The position numbers and the translations under genes were made by a program. From sequence record MN850637.1: a DNA stretch of 64,000 nucleotides, one strand, 5' to 3'. The notes beneath the pieces were generated by a model that made no database searches, was not told where the DNA came from, and was given only the letters and a program-made list of their open reading frames with translations. Source of the DNA: Escherichia phage warpig. Positions within the stretch are counted from its first letter, which is position 1. The number at the start of each line of letters is the position of its first letter. Shown here in pieces: positions 17,672 through 26,698 of this stretch.

Positions 17672-18076
17672 ATGGCTATTAATAATCGCGAGTTATCAAT
17701 CTTAAAAGCACGTTTGACCGTTAACCGGATTAATGTTATTACGTCATCAGCACCGGACGAAACATTGCACAACATTATTGGGAAGATTCAAAGCGTTATC
17801 TTAGACGTTGAAAACGTAAAAAACTCATTGGCTGACGTTGCAGCAGGTATCACGCTAGACGGTGCACAATATGAAATGACCGACATGTTAGGCAAATCTA
17901 AGGTAATGAATAAAGAGCTTGATTTGAAAATGTTTCGATTTGCTGTTAAAGTGTGGCTATCTGTCGAGTATGACGCTAATTTTGCAATCGCTGACTTTTT
18001 CGCAACATGGTTGCAACGTAACTTAACAAATCACGATTTTCGTAATATCTGTGATGCAATTTACGCAGAACTATAA
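17672..18076 (+). CDS. small early-region protein (hypothetical)
   Basis: ATG at 17672 (MAINNRELS...); track ORF starts at upstream TTG. Confidence 0.45.
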   Translation: MAINNRELSILKARLTVNRINVITSSAPDETLHNIIGKIQSVILDVENVKNSLADVAAGITLDGAQYEMTDMLGKSKVMNKELDLKMFRFAVKVWLSVEYDANFAIADFFATWLQRNLTNHDFRNICDAIYAEL

Positions 18077-18085
18077 AAATTTTTG

Positions 18086-18177
18086 TTGACACTGGTTTTC
18101 AGATAGATTAAATTACACATCAACGGGGCGGGAATGACCTTCCCCACTAAATAAAGTCCTAAACTGGAGATTCAAAA
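18086..18177 (+). promoter_or_regulatory. class-2 cassette (identical promoter and hairpin to 17220)
   Basis: -35 18086-18091, -10 18109-18114. Confidence 0.5.
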
Positions 18178-18381
18178 ATGGCTATTATCAACGGTTTAAC
18201 CATTGAAACTACACACATCAAAGATATTAAAGTTGGTGATGTAGTCCTTTCCCACGGCGTAGAGAAAACTGTTACTGCAAAGGATATTAAAGAGGATTCT
18301 TTCATGGGTAGGACTCTCTTCGGTGATTCTTATTGCTTAGGTTATCTTGCAGTTTTAAAAGTTGTCAAAAATAACCGATAA
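18178..18381 (+). CDS. small early-region protein (hypothetical)
   Basis: 67 aa. Confidence 0.4.
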   Translation: MAIINGLTIETTHIKDIKVGDVVLSHGVEKTVTAKDIKEDSFMGRTLFGDSYCLGYLAVLKVVKNNR

Positions 18382-18386
18382 AGTAC

Positions 18387-18467
18387 TTTACAAGGGGCTT
18401 AAAAGTTGATATCTTAAGCCCCAGATAAAGAGCTTTACCACTAAATCCTAAACTGGAGATTCAAAAA
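18387..18467 (+). promoter_or_regulatory. class-1 cassette
   Basis: palindrome 18394-18422; conserved leader. Confidence 0.4.
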
Positions 18468-19010
18468 ATGAAATGCTTTCACGGTACTACTCAAGAAAAC
18501 TTTATCAACCTGATTAATAATGGTGATAAGCCATCAGGTGCATGGAATTGTTCGGATATGGATGGCAATTTTTACGTATACCCAGAAAATAAAATCTATG
18601 GTGACGATGAGGAAGAGATAGTATCCGAAGGTATTCAACAGGCGTTAGGAAATGCCACTATCACGGCAGCTTTCCAGATGAAAACCCAAAACATTGTTAT
18701 CTTGGAACTTGATATTCCAGAGGACGAATTAAATGATGATTATTCTTGTGATAATATGTCTGGCGTAGCAAGTTTTACAGAATACTTCGATTTAAATTGG
18801 ATTAAAAAGGTTTACGTAACCGAGTTTAATGCGATGTTTTCGCCTTTTTGTCTTCCTTCATTGGATAACCCAAATTTAAACTATCTTGATGAGTCTCTGG
18901 AGCTTCTTGCTAAAAGCGTTCAACAGTCGGACAGTATTCAGGTTTTTTGTGACATCATGGATACACTGGCAGGAAACATCGCAGAAGAGGATTTAAAGAG
19001 CTTTTTTTAA
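18468..19010 (+). CDS. small acidic early-region protein (hypothetical)
   Basis: 180 aa; followed by hairpin AGCCCCTTGTAGGGGCT. Confidence 0.5.
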   Translation: MKCFHGTTQENFINLINNGDKPSGAWNCSDMDGNFYVYPENKIYGDDEEEIVSEGIQQALGNATITAAFQMKTQNIVILELDIPEDELNDDYSCDNMSGVASFTEYFDLNWIKKVYVTEFNAMFSPFCLPSLDNPNLNYLDESLELLAKSVQQSDSIQVFCDIMDTLAGNIAEEDLKSFF

Positions 19011-19076
19011 AAACCTATGCAATCACCTTATAAACACTAATCAGCCCCTTGTAGGGGCTTTTAGGGGGCTTAAATC

Positions 19077-19310
19077 ATGCTTACAACCGTTTACCTCATC
19101 CTTTCCATCTGTAATGGTCATTCATGCGATTTTAAAGGGCTTGAAGAGTTTACAGGAAGTAAAGAAAATGCTATTCAAGTTTGCCAGATAGCACGGCAAG
19201 ACTATCCCGCAAGTGATGATATACAATGCTACTTTAAGACAGAAGATAAAGACGGCATCTATTTTGACAGCGTTGACGGTCAATATGAAATTATCATTGA
19301 AAAAGACTAG
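19077..19310 (+). CDS. small early-region protein (hypothetical)
   Basis: 77 aa. Confidence 0.4.
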   Translation: MLTTVYLILSICNGHSCDFKGLEEFTGSKENAIQVCQIARQDYPASDDIQCYFKTEDKDGIYFDSVDGQYEIIIEKD

Positions 19311-19400
19311 ACAAGCCTGATAAAAGTCTGTAAATTGTCAATCAACGGGGAGGGAATGACCTTCCCCACTAAATGAAGTCCTAAACTGGAGATTCTAAAA
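19308..19400 (+). promoter_or_regulatory. class-2 cassette (TAGACA-N17-TAAATT, UTR hairpin, conserved leader)
   Basis: -10 19331-19336; hairpin GGGGAGGGAATGACCTTCCCC. Confidence 0.45.
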
Positions 19401-19742
19401 ATGGCTTATGTAACCGTAATTACCGATAAAGCTGGCGCATCTTGGTCAACTCAGGTTAGTGATAAGATGTCGCCTATGCAGTGCCTAAAATACTTTGAAC
19501 AGTGGAACAAAGGCGAGGACACAAGCCCCTTTCACGTAATGCAGATTATTCATGTAGACAATGAAGGGAAGAAAACAACTCTGAATAGTGAGTACTACGC
19601 AAGCCGTTTTGAAACGAGAAGTAAAGCAATGAAGCTCTTACGTGAGGCCGGATATGGTCACATTGCCGCGATAATCTGGGATGACCTTCTAAAAAGTCAA
19701 CGTATCAGCTATGTAAAGCCTGAAAAAATATTTATCAGTTAA
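19401..19742 (+). CDS. small early-region protein (hypothetical)
   Basis: 113 aa. Confidence 0.45.
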   Translation: MAYVTVITDKAGASWSTQVSDKMSPMQCLKYFEQWNKGEDTSPFHVMQIIHVDNEGKKTTLNSEYYASRFETRSKAMKLLREAGYGHIAAIIWDDLLKSQRISYVKPEKIFIS

Positions 19743-19871
19743 TCAATAACTTACAAAAAACTTTTAAAAAAGTGTTGACAATACCCCTTGACATTGGTAA
19801 CTTTGTTCGAGGGGGTTTATCTAAAAGGGATTAACTTAAAAGATTCTTTATAGATAAACTTAAAAAATTGC

Positions 19872-19962
19872 TTGCAATCAGCTATCAAAACAAGTAAATT
19901 ACTAATCAACGGGAGGGATGACCTCCCCACTAAGTAAAGTCCTTAAACTAGGAGATTCAAAA
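19872..19962 (+). promoter_or_regulatory. class-2 cassette (TTGCAA-N17-TAAATT, UTR hairpin GGGAGGGATGACCTCCCC, leader)
   Basis: -35 19872-19877, -10 19895-19900; extra TTGACA boxes at 19775-19793. Confidence 0.45.
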
Positions 19963-20493
19963 ATGAACAAGTTCAAAGCCATCAATTACATCCGCTCAAA
20001 TAGTGTTATGTCAAAGCCTGTTAAAGACACCTATGAATTCCGTTGTAATGGTGTACACTTTGCAACCATCACCAAATCAGAAAACGGGGCTTATTACATT
20101 CATCGCCGTAATGTTGCAACCGTTGTAGTCTCTCATTTTATGCAAGCTGTAGCAGAGTTATTACCGCTATTCTTAGAGATTTACTTAGATGAGTGTAAAA
20201 ACGTTCACAACCACGTTAAAAACCTTTTAAACAGTTATAAAATGGCTTATGAACGTTCTATCAAGTCCTTAAACAAGTTTTACAACGCACCTGAAAATAC
20301 TGTGTCAATAGCCTATGCTGCAAATGGTGGGATGGTAAACTTATCCAATGTGGAAGAAATCGAACTGCATGACTTACGCCCTGAAGGTTATTCTAAAACC
20401 CTCGGTGAAGGTTTATCATTCAATATCAAGAACTTAGAAAAAACTTTAAAAGATATTGAAAAAGATATTGACGAGACAATCAAAAATCTGTAA
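19963..20493 (+). CDS. early-region protein (hypothetical)
   Basis: ATG at 19963 (MNKFKAINYIRS...); track ORF 19918 starts inside the leader hairpin. Confidence 0.45.
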   Translation: MNKFKAINYIRSNSVMSKPVKDTYEFRCNGVHFATITKSENGAYYIHRRNVATVVVSHFMQAVAELLPLFLEIYLDECKNVHNHVKNLLNSYKMAYERSIKSLNKFYNAPENTVSIAYAANGGMVNLSNVEEIELHDLRPEGYSKTLGEGLSFNIKNLEKTLKDIEKDIDETIKNL

Positions 20494-20558
20494 ATTACTA
20501 ATCAACGGGAGGGATGACCTCCCTACTAAATAAAGTCCTTAAACTAGGAGACTCTAAA
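20468..20558 (+). promoter_or_regulatory. class-2 cassette (TTGACG-N17-TAAATT overlapping upstream stop codon)
   Basis: -35 20468-20473, -10 20491-20496. Confidence 0.45.
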
Positions 20559-20807
20559 ATGGCAACTATCCGCGCAACTGTTAACGAATTTGGCTTCTAC
20601 TCTCTGGATGTTAAATTCGACCTTGTAGGTACTGATAACGCCTTTGAAATGGTGAAAGTTCTTATCAGTCAGACCATCAAAGACTATAATCCTTCAGATG
20701 AGTTCTGGAAAGAAACAAAACAGGAAGTTCTCAAAGAGGGCTATTCATATCACTATTGGGGTGAAAAAATCGTCTCCCTGTACTACGACAAAGAAGGCAC
20801 TAACTAA
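20559..20807 (+). CDS. small early-region protein (hypothetical)
   Basis: ATG at 20559 (MATIRATVNEFG...). Confidence 0.45.
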   Translation: MATIRATVNEFGFYSLDVKFDLVGTDNAFEMVKVLISQTIKDYNPSDEFWKETKQEVLKEGYSYHYWGEKIVSLYYDKEGTN

Positions 20808-20845
20808 TCGACGCAACGGGGCTAAATAGCCCCAGATACCTTTAC

Positions 20846-20873
20846 AGCCCCTTTCCCATAGGGGCTTTTTTAC
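20846..20873 (+). terminator. Rho-independent terminator closing the + strand early block
   Basis: AGCCCCT-TTCCCAT-AGGGGCT followed by TTTTTT. Confidence 0.6.
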
Positions 20874-21289
20874 GTCTTATCAAATCCCTTATACAACCCT
20901 TTCCCTTTCCTTTCCAGAATCTTATCAGACCTTAAAAAGCAATAACTCTATAGTCTACTCTATAGCCTTTTATCAAATCAACTTAAATATAAGCCCATAA
21001 CCCGAAAGGGAAGGGCAACCGTTTAAACGCTCTATAAAGCTCTATAACAGCCTTATCAACCTAACTTAAGGGATTGCATTAACTCACCCTAAAAAGCCCT
21101 TTATAAAGCTTCCCAGAGACTTAAAAGAATCTTATAAGGGTGTAAGCTTTATCATCTCGTTAGCTATCTTGTGAACTACTAAACAAGCCCCTTGATAGTA
21201 ACTGAAAAGTATGTTATAGGGGCTTTAAAGTTACTTTGAAGTAGCTTAAAAGTTACGTAAATGCTAGCCCCCTTAACAATTTCTTAACA

Positions 21290-22300
21290 AACCCTACATA
21301 GTTATGCTTTTAAGGTACTTGTTAGCAACTTGTTAGCACCTTGTTAAATCTCTGTTAAGACCACGTAAAAGCCTTGTAAGAGTCTTTGACATAGCCTTTA
21401 AAGCCCCTGTAAAGCCCTATAAAGAGCTATCTGTACAGTTGGGCTGTAGTTACTAGGAAGAGACTTAAAAGGGGCTATACAGAGCTATACAGAGCTTTTA
21501 AGAGGTATGTTTAAAGAATCACTAAGAAAGGAAAGGGAACGATAAGAAAAAGAGTAGTGACCATGTTAATAGCTTGTTAAAAAGATTAAACACTTGTTAG
21601 AAACTTGTTAATTATCTTAACAAAATAACTCTTAAAAATTAACTTGTTAGCTCTTGTTAGTCATCTGTTAAGATTCTGTAAAGCCTATTCAGCACTTGTT
21701 AATTGGTATTGTTACCAATCCCTAGAAAACTGTTACAGCCTTGTTAGTTCTGTTAAGAATCTGTTAAGACCTCTGAAGTGTTGTTAAGAAGATGTGAGAA
21801 CTGTTAAGAGATTGTTAAGGATATTTTAAAATTTTGCAAAGTACTTGTAAGGGAGCTGTTAAGGGCTACCAAGCAGATATACATCCTCTACAGATATTTT
21901 TGAGTTCCTTCAAAGACCCTAAAAAATGACTTGATAGTCCTATTTTATAAAAATTTTAAAAATCTGAATAATTACCTATACAGTCTTTTAAAAATACAGG
22001 TAGAAACAGGCTTATAAGATACCTTGTTAGTACCATGTTAGACCTTGTGAGATAAGGTCTGTAAAGATATTCCTGTTAAGTTTGTTAAAACAGTCTATAT
22101 AGAGGCTTAGTAATACCTAGTGAACACCTATAGAGAGTCACATAGTTAACCTAGAGATTAAGAGGTGTATAGGAGCTTCTAAGAAGGTGTAGAGAGATGG
22201 TTAAGGTGATTGTATAGACTGTTAAGAAGGCTTGTTAGAGGACTTGTTAGAAGGGTTATACAGAGGGGCTATTAAGACCACTAGATAGTTACTAAGATAC
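21290..22300. repeat. iteron field: about 30 copies of the octamer YTGTTAR(G) plus TATAGAG/TATACAG repeats in an ORF-free region
   Basis: Read directly; examples CTTGTTAG at 21309/21321, CTGTTAAG at 21694/21770/21782, TTGTTAAG at 21802/21832; no ORF >=60 aa on either strand in 20808-22458. Confidence 0.6.
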
Positions 22301-22420
22301 TATATAGTACTATATAACTATATAGAGAGTAAGATTAAGAAGGTTGTTAAGAAGAATAGATATTTTGTTCACATATGATGGTGACCCAGAGGTTGGGACA
22401 ACCGATAAAATTTTATAAAA

Positions 22421-22452
22421 ATTAAAAAGCCCCCGATTAAGGAGGCTCTTAA
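22421..22452 (-). terminator. Rho-independent terminator for the - strand block
   Basis: On the - strand: AGCCTCC-TTAAT-CGGGGGCT then T-rich run. Confidence 0.5.
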
Positions 22453-22458
22453 GATATT

Positions 22459-23052
22459 TTAAATCAGTGTTTCCAGAACTGTTTTTAGGGATGACTTAGT
22501 TGTCTGATAAAAATGAGTGAATCTATTGTTGTTATCGAATATCTGCATCATGATAGCATCCCCCTTGATTGGATACACTCGGATATCATAGTGAAACCCG
22601 TTAAAGACAGCAGAACCATTACAGAACACACTAAAATCATCCACTGAGATATACTCTTCATGACCTGTGATTTTTATACAGACACCCTTACTCGGTCTCT
22701 TAGGGTTGATGTCTTCCATCACAGACATATTCTGTCCACCAAGAGATACCATAGTGACCACTTTACGGTTCTTCTGTTTAAAGTACATTTTAACTTTCTG
22801 CAAAGTATCTTCATAGAACGGATAAGACTTCTCTACAAAGATTCCTTCAAGTGGCTCTTTACCATTTTCAACTTCTCTGTTATGCCGTACTGCAAAGATA
22901 ATTTGTTCGAACCAGTCAAGATTTTCTTCGGAGAGTGCTTCTCGAACATCGTTCCAGTCAAGTACTAGGTAGTTACCTTCAACTTCTTTTAAGTTATCTT
23001 TTTCCATAGCTATCACACCATTATCGTAAAACTTGGTAGGCTGGTACTGCAA
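22459..23052 (-). CDS. hypothetical protein
   Basis: 197 aa ORF. Confidence 0.5.
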   Translation of the reverse strand: MQYQPTKFYDNGVIAMEKDNLKEVEGNYLVLDWNDVREALSEENLDWFEQIIFAVRHNREVENGKEPLEGIFVEKSYPFYEDTLQKVKMYFKQKNRKVVTMVSLGGQNMSVMEDINPKRPSKGVCIKITGHEEYISVDDFSVFCNGSAVFNGFHYDIRVYPIKGDAIMMQIFDNNNRFTHFYQTTKSSLKTVLETLI

Positions 23053-23485
23053 ACTTGTTGCTGTTGTTCTTAATAAGGTCTTCTTCTGTTACTAAGAATG
23101 TAATCCCACATAAGTGCGTATAGTGGCTGTCATACTCAAATATTTTAAGTAAGTATTTACCATCATGATAGACAGATTCTACTACACCTTTTGCAACAAT
23201 CTTTCCAGTCTTGAAATCTTTAAGAGGGTATGTATTACCAACTTTAGGAACTGTTTTCATCTCAGGTTCTTTTAGCTTCTCACCAACTTCTACATCACCT
23301 AGCAAGTGAGAACTTTCAAAAGCTACATATTGCATATAAGCTTCTGAGCATTCCCAGATAAAACAATGTACAAGAGCCTTAGCAGCATGTCTTGAACAAT
23401 TCAACTTATCACAAATCTCTTTGTACATTTCATCTTTAGTTGAGTTGTCAAGCATTGCTTTTTGAACGACTTCTTTAATTTTCAT
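23021..23485 (-). CDS. hypothetical protein
   Basis: 154 aa. Confidence 0.45.
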   Translation of the reverse strand: MKIKEVVQKAMLDNSTKDEMYKEICDKLNCSRHAAKALVHCFIWECSEAYMQYVAFESSHLLGDVEVGEKLKEPEMKTVPKVGNTYPLKDFKTGKIVAKGVVESVYHDGKYLLKIFEYDSHYTHLCGITFLVTEEDLIKNNSNKFAVPAYQVLR

Positions 23486-23537
23486 TTCGCTACCTTCTAA
23501 GCTTCTACAAAGGGGCTATCAAGTAACCCCTAAGCTG

Positions 23538-23762
23538 TTACTCAGACTTTTCAGTCTTCTTATCGGATTTCTTACTAGTCTTCTTCTCAGCTTTCTGCTC
23601 AGGTTCCTTCTCAGGGGTTGCCTTGATAACCATATCAAGAAGCTCTGATAAGTCACTCTTCAGCAAAGTAACAGGCTGCTCATTGTAGAAGTTTTTGTCA
23701 AGATAAACTTTAAACTCTTCTATAGAAGGAAATCCAAAAATTGGTACAGGTGTTTTAATCAT
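23538..23762 (-). CDS. hypothetical protein with Lys-rich C-terminus
   Basis: 74 aa. Confidence 0.4.
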   Translation of the reverse strand: MIKTPVPIFGFPSIEEFKVYLDKNFYNEQPVTLLKSDLSELLDMVIKATPEKEPEQKAEKKTSKKSDKKTEKSE

Positions 23763-23838
23763 TACTTAGTCTCTCCATAGGCATCTTTTAAGATTGCCTT
23801 GTTAATCATTTCAGCGATTGCAAAACGAATACATACAG

Positions 23839-24372
23839 CTATAATTGTAGGTTGCATTCTTTACTTACCTCTTCAAGTTTAACCTCAGAATCCTTAAGTC
23901 GTTTCTTATGAACTCTGAACCTCATTAGTGAGATGATGATACCAGCTAAAGGAACAACATACAAGTACCAGACATCATGCAACTTTGCAGTAATCTGTGT
24001 AATGGTCAAGTCTTGAGCTATGTAGCTGATTGCTGATACAGCTAGTAATGTTGCTAAGAAGAACACTAGTATCATAACAATATTTAGACAACCTCTGGCA
24101 TGATATTCATGCTTAATGCACTTATTCTTTTCGTCAGCAACCCTGTTGTAGTCATTTGTAAAGTCTCTGTAGAAAGCTTTCAAGTATTCTTGATTGTAGC
24201 CCTCAAAGCAACCTGTACCGTACCAGTAATCACCACCAAAATGTGCTATGATACCGGTATCTCCATTTGGTTTTGTTACTCTTAGGGAGACATGATGACC
24301 AGTCTTCTGATAATCTATCTTATATCTTTCTTCGTAAATCATTTTCCAACCCCTCTCAATCGTTTGTTCCAC
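23839..24372 (-). CDS. membrane protein with two C-terminal TM helices (hypothetical)
   Basis: 177 aa; hydrophobic LNIVMILVFFLATLLAVSAISYI and YLYVVPLAGIIISL. Confidence 0.45.
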   Translation of the reverse strand: MEQTIERGWKMIYEERYKIDYQKTGHHVSLRVTKPNGDTGIIAHFGGDYWYGTGCFEGYNQEYLKAFYRDFTNDYNRVADEKNKCIKHEYHARGCLNIVMILVFFLATLLAVSAISYIAQDLTITQITAKLHDVWYLYVVPLAGIIISLMRFRVHKKRLKDSEVKLEEVSKECNLQL

Positions 24373-24587
24373 TCAATGTCAACAAGCCTTTGTAGGACTT
24401 TCCCTCTAGGTGTTACACCCTTTAAATCTGCATCATAGCAACGGTAAAAGTCACCTTCAGCGTGTTTACCATAGCATTTTCTGATATTCTGACTCCTACG
24501 ATATTGTTCTAATAGAGACAGCTTGTAGTAATCTTCAACTGTAGTTAGTTTTTTCATTCTTTCACCGTAGTGTTTCTCTAGAAACAA
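24339..24587 (-). CDS. hypothetical protein
   Basis: 82 aa. Confidence 0.4.
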   Translation of the reverse strand: MFLEKHYGERMKKLTTVEDYYKLSLLEQYRRSQNIRKCYGKHAEGDFYRCYDADLKGVTPRGKVLQRLVDIEWNKRLRGVGK

Positions 24588-24640
24588 AAAAGGGAACTAC
24601 CTCTCGATAGCTCCCATCATAGTCAATATTGTATACTCGG

Positions 24641-25222
24641 TCAAGAGTATTTTTTAGGCAGCAATGCACTGCGCTTGTTACTCTCTTCACTCAACAGTGC
24701 AATGAAATCATCACTTTTACCTTTCCACGGGCTGAATGAAGGAATGTGTTCACGGATAGCCTCAATCACTGTTTTAAGTGCTGTGTTCTTCATCCACCAA
24801 TCAGAATCTGCTGATGCTACCACGTAGTATCCACCGTCATCAGTTAAAATTGGCTCTGAAATACATGGTGAAATCAAAGTGGTGATGATTGAACCGTTGT
24901 TCATGTAGTATGTGCGCTTCATAACCTTTTCAAGAAGCTTGTGAAGGTCACCAAACAGTGTTACAAGTTCTTTGTGGTCGATGTCTTTTTCGAGGCTTGC
25001 TCGGTACTTCAATAGTGCAGCATCAACCTCTCTGTCATTAAACTTGAAATATTGAACTTCATCAACAAGGCAAACACTGATATTGTTCACATTCATAGTC
25101 AACTTACAAACTTTTGCAGGAGAGTTGATGCTTGGTTGAAAAAGTGCAACACACCCTTCAATGTTTCCAAAATGTTGGACTAGTGTTACTTGTGGAGTAA
25201 TATTCTGTTGCTCTTCGGACAT
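24641..25222 (-). CDS. hypothetical protein
   Basis: 193 aa. Confidence 0.45.
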   Translation of the reverse strand: MSEEQQNITPQVTLVQHFGNIEGCVALFQPSINSPAKVCKLTMNVNNISVCLVDEVQYFKFNDREVDAALLKYRASLEKDIDHKELVTLFGDLHKLLEKVMKRTYYMNNGSIITTLISPCISEPILTDDGGYYVVASADSDWWMKNTALKTVIEAIREHIPSFSPWKGKSDDFIALLSEESNKRSALLPKKYS

Positions 25223-25566
25223 TACAGTTTCCTCATTAAATACTTTTTAAGTTGTGTGTTAGGTTTCTCAAAAACTTCTATAGAAGATATCTTGACAGAT
25301 TCACCACGCATACCAGTATGTTTGAATATGTAGTACTCTAGCATCCCTATGTACTTTGCTGGTAAGTCATGCTTGACATATACCGTCACAGAATCTTCAA
25401 ACTCAACAACCTTTGTACCATCTTTGTAGTTAAACTCTTTAGGATGGTTGTAGTTGTCTATATCGTACATTAAAAAGAGTCTTTTACGTTGTAAGTCAAG
25501 CTTATTTGTTAAAGACTCTTTAATATCTGAGAAGTTTTTGTACACTGTGACATGGAGCTTACTCAT
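25222..25566 (-). CDS. hypothetical protein
   Basis: 114 aa. Confidence 0.4.
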   Translation of the reverse strand: MSKLHVTVYKNFSDIKESLTNKLDLQRKRLFLMYDIDNYNHPKEFNYKDGTKVVEFEDSVTVYVKHDLPAKYIGMLEYYIFKHTGMRGESVKISSIEVFEKPNTQLKKYLMRKL

Positions 25567-25852
25567 CGTTAAACTCTCTGACGAAGAAATAGTTGACTTT
25601 GTTATTACCTACCATAAGGTCAAAGCAGGTATTTTCAAAAGGTTTGTTGTAGGCATCGTATGAAATATATGGGTCAGCTACTTGCTTAGTGCTTAACTTC
25701 TTACTTGATGGATTTAAGAGGCCACCATACAGCTTCTTGATAGCCTCTTCTACAACAGACCAGATGATTTCGTCAGTAATTTCTTCGTACAGGTCAAGTT
25801 CACGCTCTAGTGAGAAGTCACAAATAGGGAAAATAACCTGTACTTTACTCAT
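25559..25852 (-). CDS. hypothetical protein
   Basis: 97 aa. Confidence 0.4.
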   Translation of the reverse strand: MSKVQVIFPICDFSLERELDLYEEITDEIIWSVVEEAIKKLYGGLLNPSSKKLSTKQVADPYISYDAYNKPFENTCFDLMVGNNKVNYFFVREFNDE

Positions 25853-26256
25853 TAACGAATCACCTGTGAGACTTGAATTGCTTCAGTTACTGACAAGTCA
25901 CCTACTTTCTCTTCTTTGATAAAAGTGAAGGTGAGTTCAACAGGTTCTTGCTCTTCTTGCTCTTCTTGCTCAACTGGAATACCGTTAAGCTCATCAAAGA
26001 TTGATTGAGTTGTCCAGTCTTCTCCACCATCTGGGTAGTGGATTGCGTAAAGAGGGAACTCTAAATTATACCAAGCAAAAACAGGACAACCATCTGCATC
26101 ATCTCGACATCTGTGGAGATATGTGTTTGTACCTTCAAAATGCAAATGAAGATTACCATTCTTCTCAAAGAGAAGAGCATCTTTCAGGTCTAATTCTTCA
26201 TTTTCACTGTAACGACTGACATCAACTTTAACGTGGATATGACTGCTATTATTCAT
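25852..26256 (-). CDS. hypothetical acidic protein
   Basis: 134 aa. Confidence 0.4.
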   Translation of the reverse strand: MNNSSHIHVKVDVSRYSENEELDLKDALLFEKNGNLHLHFEGTNTYLHRCRDDADGCPVFAWYNLEFPLYAIHYPDGGEDWTTQSIFDELNGIPVEQEEQEEQEPVELTFTFIKEEKVGDLSVTEAIQVSQVIR

Positions 26257-26647
26257 AAAAACCTCTCTCTGCTTGTTCGATTTTTGCTCTTAAAGCTTCA
26301 CAATGTTGTAAATGATAGTTAGCTTCTTGTTCATGTGTTGCTAACTGCCTTTCAAGAACAGTTTTATAATAACTTGCGAGTTGCTCTTTTGTCAATGGGT
26401 GTTCTGAAATAATATCAAGTCCACTTTCACCAAGAGGGTTGAATTGTCCATGTTCGTTGACATTGTAAGTCTCAAACTTGAACAGACCATTGTTCACAGA
26501 CTCAATAGGCGACAGCTCAACAAGCTCTACAGTAAACCGTGTATATACCTTGTCACCTCTTGAAACCACATTGTTTCCGACAATGCGTACAAGCGAGCCA
26601 TTACGAGTGTACTTAAAAGTTCCAAAGTCACTAGCCCAAAGTTTCAT
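26249..26647 (-). CDS. hypothetical protein
   Basis: 132 aa. Confidence 0.4.
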   Translation of the reverse strand: MKLWASDFGTFKYTRNGSLVRIVGNNVVSRGDKVYTRFTVELVELSPIESVNNGLFKFETYNVNEHGQFNPLGESGLDIISEHPLTKEQLASYYKTVLERQLATHEQEANYHLQHCEALRAKIEQAERGFYE

Positions 26648-26659
26648 AGTTTTCTCCTT

Positions 26660-26688
26660 AGAAAATAAAAAAGGCTCCCGAAGGAGCC
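26660..26688 (-). terminator. Rho-independent terminator after the endolysin gene
   Basis: GGCTCC-TTCG-GGAGCC on the - strand followed by TTTTTTATTTT. Confidence 0.6.
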
Positions 26689-26698
26689 TATGAAGATA

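Noticed and set aside
14801-20873. CRISPR array as an explanation for the regularly repeated 80-95 bp elements
   Set aside because: The repeats are separated by ORFs of 200-550 bp rather than uniform 30-40 bp spacers, are much longer than CRISPR repeats, contain promoter hexamers and ribosome-binding sites, and no cas genes are present.
23766-23857. Possible 31-aa - strand ORF in the gap between 23839..24372 and 23538..23762
   Set aside because: Overlaps the upstream gene's 3' end in another frame and has no ribosome-binding site.
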